This document shows positions 55,609-64,000 of a stretch of 64,000 bases of DNA, piece by piece. A program made the translations under genes and the position numbers. The notes below the pieces were generated by a model, which made no database searches, was not told the origin of the DNA, and saw only the letters and a program-made list of their open reading frames with translations. The stretch lies in NCBI GenBank assembly GCA_963850905.1, contig CAWKMU010000003.1:128001-192000 (forward strand). Direction: 5' to 3'. Origin of the DNA: an uncultured Gemmatimonadales bacterium (GTDB lineage: Bacteria; Gemmatimonadota; Gemmatimonadetes; Gemmatimonadales; Gemmatimonadaceae). How positions within the stretch are numbered: position 1 is the stretch's first letter; every line of letters starts with the position of its first letter.

Positions 55609-57267
55609 TTATCGCGCGGACCGCAACTCGCAGCAAGTGGCGGTCGTATCGGACAGCCCGCGAGCCTGAGGACTCGGGCTCGCATCGCGTACGACGATGA
55701 CGCGAACCCGGCGATCCCCGGAACCAACCGCAGCGTCGCGCGCCACGCGCCCCGGGATGATCTTGGCCAGCGACTCTGGAGGCGTGCTGTACCATCGCGA
55801 TCGATAATCGAGCACGACCCAGGTGCGCGCGCCCGGCGACGGCCCGAGCACGTCCCCAGGTGCCGCGCCCGCACGCATGCCCCACATTGAGATCGGCGTG
55901 CCGCGCACGTAATACGCCAGTTGCACGCCCGCTTCAGGCGGTTGGACGATCACCGGCTCGCCAGCTCGCGCAGAGTCGATCAGCAGTGCCGCCGTCGGGC
56001 GATAGTCCGAGTCGCGCGCGAGGATCGTGGGATATTGCATGAGTCCATACGCACTCGCCCACAGCATCGCGAGGAAGACGGGCACCCCAAGCCAACGAGG
56101 CGCCCGCGCCACTCCCGCACCGAGCAAGAGACTGAGATACGGGCTCACGAACAGGAGGTAGCGCGTCAGCGAGAGTTCGTGCCAGATGGACACCACGGCG
56201 CCGCTCACCAGCGGGACCAGCAGGGCCCAGTACAGCACCCGCACTGGACCCCGCGCCCGTGTGCGAGGGGGATACGCGAAGGCAGTGACCATCGCGAGGA
56301 TGAGCAGCGGGAAGACGACGACTAGCCGCAAAACCGCCGGGCGTCCCCACTTCTCGACGATGGCCGGGTACAGGTCCCAGGGATAGAAATAGAGCCCGTG
56401 GACGGACCCAATAAAAAATTCGAGAAAATCTCGGGTTGCTCCGGCCAGGCCGATGGGGCCACGCCACGCCTGACTGCTCGCCGCCGCGCCGGCATCGACA
56501 CCGACGAGCAGCGGGAGGCACGCCAGCCCGATCGCGACCTGCGCGACGACCCATCCTCCACCAGCAGCACGCCGGGTGCCGGATGACACGCTGGGCCCCC
56601 GGGCCGCGATCAGCAGCATCGCATCGAGTGTCAGGACGGCATAGAGGAGCGCCACCAGCGGCAGGGTGTACAGAGATGCCACCGCGGAAAGCGCGTACAC
56701 GACGAGCGCCCGGTGTGGGCCAGTCGGCGCGGCCGTCCCGCTGAGCCGCCGAACGGCATCGCTCCGCCACTCGAGATACGCGGCCGTCGCCAGCGTCGCG
56801 AGGAGCGTCGCCAGCATGTAGACACGCGCTTCCTGCGCGAAATACAGCTGGAGCGGCGAAGTCGCGAGCAGCGCGACAGCGACGAGTGCAGCCGCTCGGC
56901 CGACGGTCTCGCGTCCAATCCAATACACCACCGGCAGCAGCAGCACGCTCACGGTGAGTGAGAACGCCCGTAATGCCGTTGTCGAGTCGCCCCACGCGAG
57001 CGTCCAGAGTTTGAGCAGCAGAAAGTAGAGTGGACTCGATGGGCTGTGCCGGATATTGGCCAGCATGCCGTGCACTGAATACGTTGTCAGCAGCCATGAG
57101 TTGGCCTCATCCAGCCACAGATTCGTCGCACCGATCCCCCGCGCCCGAATGACGAGAGCGAGGACCATGAGTGCGCCAATCACGGCAGCGTCTCCTGGTC
57201 GCACGGCGCTGCTCGTGGCCGCCGCTCGACCAGTGCTCATTCTCTGCGTCTCGGCCGCGATTGTCAT
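55609..57267 (-). CDS. GT-C glycosyltransferase, PMT_2/ArnT (GT39/GT83-like)
   Basis: LWLDEA, SPLYFLLL, ALRAFS, SPLQLYFAQEARVY, RYLLF, SDYR. Confidence 0.85.
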   Translation of the reverse strand: MTIAAETQRMSTGRAAATSSAVRPGDAAVIGALMVLALVIRARGIGATNLWLDEANSWLLTTYSVHGMLANIRHSPSSPLYFLLLKLWTLAWGDSTTALRAFSLTVSVLLLPVVYWIGRETVGRAAALVAVALLATSPLQLYFAQEARVYMLATLLATLATAAYLEWRSDAVRRLSGTAAPTGPHRALVVYALSAVASLYTLPLVALLYAVLTLDAMLLIAARGPSVSSGTRRAAGGGWVVAQVAIGLACLPLLVGVDAGAAASSQAWRGPIGLAGATRDFLEFFIGSVHGLYFYPWDLYPAIVEKWGRPAVLRLVVVFPLLILAMVTAFAYPPRTRARGPVRVLYWALLVPLVSGAVVSIWHELSLTRYLLFVSPYLSLLLGAGVARAPRWLGVPVFLAMLWASAYGLMQYPTILARDSDYRPTAALLIDSARAGEPVIVQPPEAGVQLAYYVRGTPISMWGMRAGAAPGDVLGPSPGARTWVVLDYRSRWYSTPPESLAKIIPGRVARDAAVGSGDRRVRVIVVRDASPSPQARGLSDTTATCCELRSAR

Positions 57268-57793
57268 GTTTCTATGTATGCCGTCCGCCCGCCATGCGGC
57301 AACGCCGGCATTCCCGGAGCGCGTTCGACACATCGGCCTCATCCAAAAGGACGCGGCGTTTCGGGTCGTGCGCGGGGGCGCGTCCGGTGACGTGTGGTTC
57401 GACGCCGCCGCTCCGACCTTCGCGTTCCGCCTCTTCGCGACAGGACTGAAAGCCGGCGTCCATTACCTGGTCGAGTTGAACGCCGACGGCCGCACATACG
57501 AGGTCACGAGTCGGATGGCGGACGCGCAAGGCCGAATCAACCTGGATACCACGCTGACACGATTTGAGACCGGCGCCTGTATCGGGGGCGACTACGTTCC
57601 ACCTCGACCGCTTCGCGGCGACCATACGATCAAATTCTTGGTGAAGCGCGACGGCAATCCCGTGTCGGGCACACGGCAAACACTCAGCAGATCAGCGAAC
57701 CCACCAGCCCTGCCCTGCCACGGTAACGGCGACGAAGATTTCGCCTACGCGCTCTACGAGGATAACCTAGCCAAGTTCACGGGCACCCGGTAG
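57233..57793 (+). CDS. hypothetical exported protein (CxGNGD family, paralog B)
   Basis: N-terminal hydrophobic VLILCVSAAIVMFLC; similar to 53440..54069; start uncertain. Confidence 0.7.
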   Translation: MLILCVSAAIVMFLCMPSARHAATPAFPERVRHIGLIQKDAAFRVVRGGASGDVWFDAAAPTFAFRLFATGLKAGVHYLVELNADGRTYEVTSRMADAQGRINLDTTLTRFETGACIGGDYVPPRPLRGDHTIKFLVKRDGNPVSGTRQTLSRSANPPALPCHGNGDEDFAYALYEDNLAKFTGTR

Positions 57794-57820
57794 CAGATCT
57801 GGCGGGCCATTCCCGCGCTG

Positions 57821-59506
57821 TCACTCGGCCGTTGGCGTGATGACTTGACACACATGATCCCGGTCGAGGTCCCAGCGGTGTATCCAGCCAACGAGGTCAG
57901 ACGTGAGCCGCAAACCATGCGCCGGCGTGACGATCGTATTGCGGTAGAACGGCCACCATGGCGGCTCATTGCCCGAATAGCCGTTGATCGTCGGGACACC
58001 GGTGTTCATCGATGCCCACATCCCATCCACCTGGTACCACCATGGGTCCTCGCGACCCGAGGTCGGTGTATACAGAAACGCGACGCAGTCAGGGCGAAGC
58101 GCCGATGCAATCACGGCGACTCGACGGCGCCCATCGATCTTGTCGAACGAGGCGAGCTCCTGTCGCTGCTCGTTCGCGATGCAGATCGCGGCCAGGGCAA
58201 GGATGCCGAGGTGCCTCCGAAAGCGCTCGGCAAACAACGCGACTCCTGCCCCCGCCGGGATGAGTAACATGAGTGCGATGCGCGAGACGCCGCGAATGGC
58301 AGCGGCCCCCGGTGCAGCGTAATACACAATGATCCAGAGGCTCGTGCCGTTGGGCCAGATCGTTGACAGCAGCACGATCGTGATTGCCACAGCCGACAAG
58401 AGCTGAATCGCCGGTCGGCGACGGCCGAGCCACAGTCCCGCGATCGCGATGATCGTGCTGATGAGACCGATGCCGAGTCGGTGCTCCTGGCCCTCGGCGG
58501 TGTCGTGGATCGCGGCAAATTGGTACATCCAACCGTAGAACCGGCTCTCGCGTCCGAGAAAAACCCAGGACCACAGGCGTGGCAAGTACCAGGTAACATT
58601 GGCGTACGTTCGGAGGCCGACATCGCTGGCCGCGCGCATGTATGGTAGCGCAAGGGGGATGAGAGCCAGCTCACTCCCAACGAGAGTGAGTCCGATCGCC
58701 CGTCGCGACTGACGGACTACAACCCAAAATCGTCGCCGGCGCGCGGGTATCGCCACGGCCCACGCCAGGCCTATGGCCAGACTGAAACCAAGGAACCACC
58801 CCAGGTAATAGCCTGCCCACAGCTGCGCAACGATGCTCGCACCCATCAGCGCGATCCACCACGGGCGCCGCTCGTCGCCTCGCGCTCGGGCGGTACCGTC
58901 AGCGGGTTCCTCGAAGATCCGGACGAGCGCATAGCACACGAACAGCACATAGAACTGGCCGGTCAACTGTTGATGCATGAGCTGAGCGACTCGGGTGCTG
59001 CCATACGCGAACACGAATCCGCCGAACGCGGCGGCCGTCCACCCGACGTGCAGCAGTCGGCGGCAGCACACAACCGCGACCGCGTAGTTGACCGACGCGA
59101 TCGTCATGACCCACAGTTGGAATGCGGTATCGGGCGCGGCGCCGAGGCCCCGCCAAAGCCAATAGAACGGCGCAACTCCCAACAGAATGTCGGAATAGGC
59201 GGCAGTGTTCGGCGCTGGGTAGAACACCGGCGGACTCCAGAGCGCGCGATGGCCGCGCACGCCAAGGATCCAACGGTACCCGTGTTCTAGGATGTAGTTG
59301 TTGAGACGGGTGTCCCCCCAGTCGCTCTGCATGCGACCAAGGGCAGAACTGATTGTTGGGTTGAAAGCGATCCACATCCCGATCGCCCAGCCCGCCAACA
59401 CGACCAGCATGCCGAGGATCGGCCGCTGCAAGTCGTCCCCACCCACTTCCGCCTGACCTTGTAATTGCGTCTGCCCGGGCGCTGTCGCCGGCACTGATGC
59501 ACCCAT
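57821..59506 (-). CDS. YfhO-like GT-C membrane protein
   Basis: GDTRLNNYILEH, FYP..NT.AYSD, HQQL, IRGVSR, PTINGYSG. Confidence 0.8.
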   Translation of the reverse strand: MGASVPATAPGQTQLQGQAEVGGDDLQRPILGMLVVLAGWAIGMWIAFNPTISSALGRMQSDWGDTRLNNYILEHGYRWILGVRGHRALWSPPVFYPAPNTAAYSDILLGVAPFYWLWRGLGAAPDTAFQLWVMTIASVNYAVAVVCCRRLLHVGWTAAAFGGFVFAYGSTRVAQLMHQQLTGQFYVLFVCYALVRIFEEPADGTARARGDERRPWWIALMGASIVAQLWAGYYLGWFLGFSLAIGLAWAVAIPARRRRFWVVVRQSRRAIGLTLVGSELALIPLALPYMRAASDVGLRTYANVTWYLPRLWSWVFLGRESRFYGWMYQFAAIHDTAEGQEHRLGIGLISTIIAIAGLWLGRRRPAIQLLSAVAITIVLLSTIWPNGTSLWIIVYYAAPGAAAIRGVSRIALMLLIPAGAGVALFAERFRRHLGILALAAICIANEQRQELASFDKIDGRRRVAVIASALRPDCVAFLYTPTSGREDPWWYQVDGMWASMNTGVPTINGYSGNEPPWWPFYRNTIVTPAHGLRLTSDLVGWIHRWDLDRDHVCQVITPTAE

Positions 59507-59631
59507 GTGCACGAAGTACCACCGTGTCGCGTAAAGAGCAAGCCGCTCGCGATCGAGCGGATTGGCTTATGAGCGGGCTATCGGATACGTTTGCCGCCGT
59601 TCGTTGTTGACGCAACTGGTGACCGCATTCG

Positions 59632-61128
59632 ATGACTGCGCGGCGCTCGCCCGAAGACGCGGGGCACCGCTCGCAGGATAGAGTCCAACCGTCCCCCGCG
59701 GACGCCGTCAGCAATCGCTTGAAAAAACCAGACCCACACGCCGTAGCAGGTCGAGAAGCGAGTAGCAGTCAACAGTGGCAGCGCATCGTGGAGTGGGCGC
59801 TGCTCGCCGTCGGTGCGATGGTGTACGTCACGCTGCCGCACCTGATCGACGGAGACGCCGCTGTGCGCTACGACTCGCTGGTGAAGCTCGTAGACCGGCA
59901 CCAGTTATCGAACGCACGCTACTCGATCGTCCAGGAAGTGGTCTCGATTCCCTTGTACGTCCTGGGCAACCGCTATCGAGCCGCGTTTGCGTTTGTGGAG
60001 CGCTTCAACCTGCTCGTCTTCTTTGGGGGCGTCGTTGCACTCTACTGGATGTTTCGCAGGCACCTCAATCGAGACGTTCTCCGACGATTCCTCCTACTCT
60101 TGGTCGCCGGAACCATGTTCCCGTACCACACCACGAATTACTATGGCGAGATCTTCACCGCGGTGGCTGCGGCCCTCGGCCTTGCACTGTACGCGCGCGG
60201 GCAGTTCATCACCGGGACGGTTACTGTCGTGCTCGGAGTCGTCAACAGTCCCGCCACGCTGGGGGGCCTTGTACTGGCTGCTGCGTCCAATGCATGGCGG
60301 ACCAAGTGCTGGCTGAGATGGGCCGCACCAGTCATTGCGAGCGCCGCCCTGATCGCGGCGGAGTCGTGGGTTCGTCGCGGGAGCCCGTTCCAACACGGGT
60401 ATGAAGGGGATGCCGGCGCGCGCACGGTGTTGCCGTTTTCGGCACGGCCGGGGTTCAGCTATCCGCTGATACTCGGTGTGCTATCCGAAACGCTCTCGTT
60501 TGGCAAAGGCATCGCGTTCTTCGCGCCTGGATTGGCGCTCATCTTCGCGCGGCGTGATCGCTTCCCGCCCGTGGTGGAGGCATTCTTTCGGGCATGCGGA
60601 CTCTTTCTGTGCGGGATGATCCTCGTCTACGCCAAGTGGTGGTCCTGGTATGGAGGGTGGTACTGGGGCCCTCGCTTCCTGCTGTTCGCCGGGTTTCCGG
60701 CATCACTGCTGCTCGCGTACCATCTCTCCACCGGTACGGACAGGCGTAGCGTGCGAGTCTTCACCTTGGTGTTGCTCGCTCTATCCGTCTGGGTCGCCGC
60801 GAATGGCGCGGTGTTCCGACAGGATGATCAGGGCATCTGCCAGGCGAACAACTACGCGCTCGAGTCTCTATGCTGGTATACGCCAGAGTTCAGTCCGCTG
60901 GTGCTGCCATTCATTCACCATCGCGTCCTCGATCTTCGCGAACGCCTCACGCTCGCCTACTTCGCAGCCGTCGGCCTCTGCCTGGCCATCCCGACCGCCC
61001 GCCGGCTCTTCGAGCGTGGCCCCAACACGGAGTCATCGACCGTCGCCGATCCTCTCACGACGTCACACGGCACAGGCGTGACGCGTCGAGAGACCACCGA
61101 GCCGCCCACGCCTGTATCGCCCGCGTAA
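59632..61128 (+). CDS. GT-C-like polytopic membrane protein
   Basis: DGDAAVRY loop, YYGEIF, SFGKGIAFFAP, WYGGWYWGPRFLL. Confidence 0.72.
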   Translation: MTARRSPEDAGHRSQDRVQPSPADAVSNRLKKPDPHAVAGREASSSQQWQRIVEWALLAVGAMVYVTLPHLIDGDAAVRYDSLVKLVDRHQLSNARYSIVQEVVSIPLYVLGNRYRAAFAFVERFNLLVFFGGVVALYWMFRRHLNRDVLRRFLLLLVAGTMFPYHTTNYYGEIFTAVAAALGLALYARGQFITGTVTVVLGVVNSPATLGGLVLAAASNAWRTKCWLRWAAPVIASAALIAAESWVRRGSPFQHGYEGDAGARTVLPFSARPGFSYPLILGVLSETLSFGKGIAFFAPGLALIFARRDRFPPVVEAFFRACGLFLCGMILVYAKWWSWYGGWYWGPRFLLFAGFPASLLLAYHLSTGTDRRSVRVFTLVLLALSVWVAANGAVFRQDDQGICQANNYALESLCWYTPEFSPLVLPFIHHRVLDLRERLTLAYFAAVGLCLAIPTARRLFERGPNTESSTVADPLTTSHGTGVTRRETTEPPTPVSPA

Positions 61129-62701
61129 CCGCCGTATCTGCCGCGCCTGGCCCGATCATGTTTCGGTAGAACGTCCAACCAGGGGGGATGTTTCCGGAGT
61201 AGCCATTGACCGTGGGCACGCCAGTCTCCACGGAGGCCCACATCGCATCCGTCTGGTACAGCCAGGGATCCCCCGCCCCATTCCGCGGCGTATACAGGAA
61301 GGCGACACAGTGCGGGCTCACCCCCCGCGCGACCGCTTCGGCCCGCTCCCGTGCCACGCCTTTGTCGTACGACGGCAGCGCTTGCCATTGCTCCGCAGCG
61401 ACAACGAGACCGATCACGGCGACCACCGCAGGCCATCGTCGCCAACGCTCAACCGCGACGGCACATCCAATGCCCGCCGGGATCAGCAACGCCAGGGCAA
61501 TGCGTGACACCCCCCGTACGGCAGCCGCACCCGGGACATCGCGGTAGACGACTATCCACGCGCTTCGACCATTCGGCCAGCACGTCGATACCAGGACCAC
61601 GGTGACGACGCAGGCGATCATGACCTGGCCAACGCCTCTGCGCCGTACGCTCCAGAGGCCCATACCCGCCAGCAGCGTCGTGACAAAGCCGATGCCAAGG
61701 TGATGCTCCCACGGCTCCGGGATCGACGCGAATACGGAGAAGCGCGAGAGCCATCCATAGAGAGCGCTGTTACTTCCCTCGAAAACCCACGACCACACCC
61801 TCGGCAGATACGGCCCGACCAAACTGTAGGGTCGCAAGCCGACCGTGTGCACCGCTTGCAGATACGGACGCCCCAGGGGAATCAACGCCATTGCACAGCC
61901 GGCGAGCGCTGCTGCGGCTGCGACGGCAGCAGGTCTGCCGACGGCGAGAACAGGTGGCCGGCTCGCCGGCAGAATGACAGCCCACACGAACGCCAACATC
62001 AGCGCGAAAACCAGGAACCAGCCCTCGTAGTAGCCCCCGTAGAGCTGCAGAACAACACACGCAGCCAGGACCCCAATCCAACGAGAGGATCGTGTCGCGT
62101 TCATGCGGGGGTCGCTCCGGTCGGCCGATAGTTGGAAGCAGCGCGCGATGGCATACAACGCGAGGAGCCAGTAGAACTGGCCCAGCAGCTGCGCATGCCC
62201 GATCTGTGCGATTCGCGAGCTGCCGAACGCAAACACGAACGACCCGATGGCTGCGGCGGGCCAGTCGACTTTGAGCAATCGCCGACAGCACACCACGGCC
62301 GCGACGTAATTGAACGACACGACCGTGAGCATCCAGAGTTGATAACTGGTGTCAGGAGCGAAACCCGCGACCCGCCACGGCCAGTAGAGCGGCGCAACAC
62401 CCAGCAGGATGTCCGAGTACGCCCCAGTGTTGGGGACGGGATAGAAAATCGGCGGGCTCCACAGAGCCTGATGGCCCGGCATCCGCAACAGCCAGCGATA
62501 TCCATGCTCCAGGATGTAGTTGTTGAGACGGGCATCACTCAGATCGCCCTGGATTTGCCCCAGACCCGACGCGAACGTGCGACCGAAGGCCACCCACAGG
62601 CCAACGGCCCACGCGACGAGCACCGGCCATGCGCCGAGCACAGCGGCGGGATGGCCGATGCCGCGAGCTTCGCCCGGTGCTGGTACCGTCGATGCAGACA
62701 T
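61055..62701 (-). CDS. YfhO-like GT-C membrane protein (paralog of 57821..59506)
   Basis: SDARLNNYILEHGYRW, FYPVPNTGAYSDILLG, VRGVSR, PTVNGYSG. Confidence 0.8.
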   Translation of the reverse strand: MSASTVPAPGEARGIGHPAAVLGAWPVLVAWAVGLWVAFGRTFASGLGQIQGDLSDARLNNYILEHGYRWLLRMPGHQALWSPPIFYPVPNTGAYSDILLGVAPLYWPWRVAGFAPDTSYQLWMLTVVSFNYVAAVVCCRRLLKVDWPAAAIGSFVFAFGSSRIAQIGHAQLLGQFYWLLALYAIARCFQLSADRSDPRMNATRSSRWIGVLAACVVLQLYGGYYEGWFLVFALMLAFVWAVILPASRPPVLAVGRPAAVAAAAALAGCAMALIPLGRPYLQAVHTVGLRPYSLVGPYLPRVWSWVFEGSNSALYGWLSRFSVFASIPEPWEHHLGIGFVTTLLAGMGLWSVRRRGVGQVMIACVVTVVLVSTCWPNGRSAWIVVYRDVPGAAAVRGVSRIALALLIPAGIGCAVAVERWRRWPAVVAVIGLVVAAEQWQALPSYDKGVARERAEAVARGVSPHCVAFLYTPRNGAGDPWLYQTDAMWASVETGVPTVNGYSGNIPPGWTFYRNMIGPGAADTAVTRAIQAWAARWSLDASRLCRVTS

Positions 62702-62715
62702 CGGCCGCGCCAGAG

Positions 62716-64000
62716 CTAATTCAGATTGATCGTGAGCTGCCTGAGCCGCACCGCCGGCACAGACGAATGCAGGTGACCGGCAACAGTGTCGGCCGCTCCC
62801 GTAGCGTCCGGCGTGAACGAAAAGATCTCCGCGGCAGGGCCTCCCTGAAAATGCAGTGTGTCCGGTTTCGCCCGCGCGCCCACAGTGATGGCACGCGATT
62901 GTCCGTTGAACGAAACGAGGATCGGGACCTGCTGAGTCGTATCCACCGCCGCCGCATCGACGACGAGATTGACCGGCGCCAGAAAGGGACGGCCGTAATA
63001 GATACGAGCGTGGAGATCACTGATCACGCGCCCAGTCCCGCTGTCCGCCCCGAATCCACTCGTCGAATCTACCGCCCCCTGGTTTCCCGTTCGCAGGTCG
63101 ACGTGCAGCGTGATCGGAGGAGGAGTGGGTTCCTGAGCGAGGAGAAGTTGTGTGAGCGGAGCGGCCGCATTGCGTCCGCTGCGCGCGACACACACGTTCG
63201 CCTCCTCAATGGCGCCGCATACCACGCGGCCCCGAGCCCACCACTCGATAGCCTCCCGGTAGAAGGCGGTCGGGATGTACACCGTGCCTTCATCGACCAA
63301 CCCACGCTCGAGACTGTCCAACATAGGGCGGCACAGCGGGGTGAGATCGTCAATCCGCGCGGGGCTTCCGCTGTTGAATTCCATGTGCTCCTGCGCCGCT
63401 ACGACCCCGAACTTGATCTCATAGTCGGAGTATTGGTCGTAATGTCGACAGGCGATGCGGTTCGCGACGATGGGCGGCACGAGACGCAGCGCCCTGAAGG
63501 AGCGGCCGATGTCGTGCCAGGCCGGAGCCTCGAGCTGCGGATAGGGATAGCCGTAGTCTCGCCGCACGAACGCGCGAAGGGGACGGGTATCCTTCACCTG
63601 CAGCGCGAGCGCGCACACCAAAAGCCAAGCAACCGCCGCGGTGGGCCACCGTCTCGCGATCTCGGCGATCGCAAGGGCCATGACGAGATAGTACAGAGGC
63701 CACGCGAACCGCCCTGACCCGCGAAACCAGGCGGTCACCGTGGTCATGTGGGCATAGATGGGAACCGTCACCACCTCGTGCCCCAGCATGCGAACCGGTG
63801 TCGCAAGGGCATATGCGAAGAGCAGGAGAGCCGCGGCCACTCCCGGCCACATCGGAGGCCAGCGGGTTGCTGGCATCCCCGCCGCCGTGCGAGCGCCCGT
63901 GCCCGGCCAGCGGCCTCTGATCGCCAGCACCGCAGCAATGATCACCAGAACGATCATGCCCAGGCCGAGATAGTAATACGACTCGTAGGCACCGAATAAG
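62716..64000 (-). CDS. DUF6311-like membrane protein, 5' part outside window
   Basis: YESYYYLGLG then FRGSGRFAWPLYY, QVKD, NSGSPAR; periplasmic C-terminus. Confidence 0.65.
   Translation of the reverse strand, partial: LFGAYESYYYLGLGMIVLVIIAAVLAIRGRWPGTGARTAAGMPATRWPPMWPGVAAALLLFAYALATPVRMLGHEVVTVPIYAHMTTVTAWFRGSGRFAWPLYYLVMALAIAEIARRWPTAAVAWLLVCALALQVKDTRPLRAFVRRDYGYPYPQLEAPAWHDIGRSFRALRLVPPIVANRIACRHYDQYSDYEIKFGVVAAQEHMEFNSGSPARIDDLTPLCRPMLDSLERGLVDEGTVYIPTAFYREAIEWWARGRVVCGAIEEANVCVARSGRNAAAPLTQLLLAQEPTPPPITLHVDLRTGNQGAVDSTSGFGADSGTGRVISDLHARIYYGRPFLAPVNLVVDAAAVDTTQQVPILVSFNGQSRAITVGARAKPDTLHFQGGPAAEIFSFTPDATGAADTVAGHLHSSVPAVRLRQLTINLN

Overview
High-GC bacterial chromosomal window. Gene content and ribosomal-protein extensions look Gemmatimonadota-like, but this is inferred, not searched. 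1-29 kb: housekeeping and signalling genes (PP2C phosphatase, anmK-murQ, ggt, ABC exporter, response regulator, AP-superfamily enzyme, TIGR00300 protein, priA, Zn-ribbon Ser/Thr kinase, orphan GvpL/F, HDAC, ubiquitin-like protein, GAF kinase, M3 peptidase, glyQS, ypdA, purA, trpS, suhB, ftcD). Several are broken by single-base indels that look like long-read errors. 29-50 kb: the str/S10/spc ribosomal cluster on the minus strand. The str operon is split between rpsG and fusA by an antisense methyltransferase-GtrB-like GT2-methyltransferase cassette; fusA has its own putative promoter and a ~200-nt multi-hairpin leader; tuf has strikingly G/T-skewed codons. 52-64 kb: a membrane glycosylation island with a CslA-like GT2, six GT-C-like membrane proteins and two paralogous exported proteins sharing a CxGNGD motif. 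Two small-repeat families are dispersed through the window: GTAG-REP/heptamer composite elements, and a TCTACTT-heptamer + GCGAAGC hairpin element that also lies inside anmK. No rRNA, tRNA, CRISPR array or transposase was recognised.
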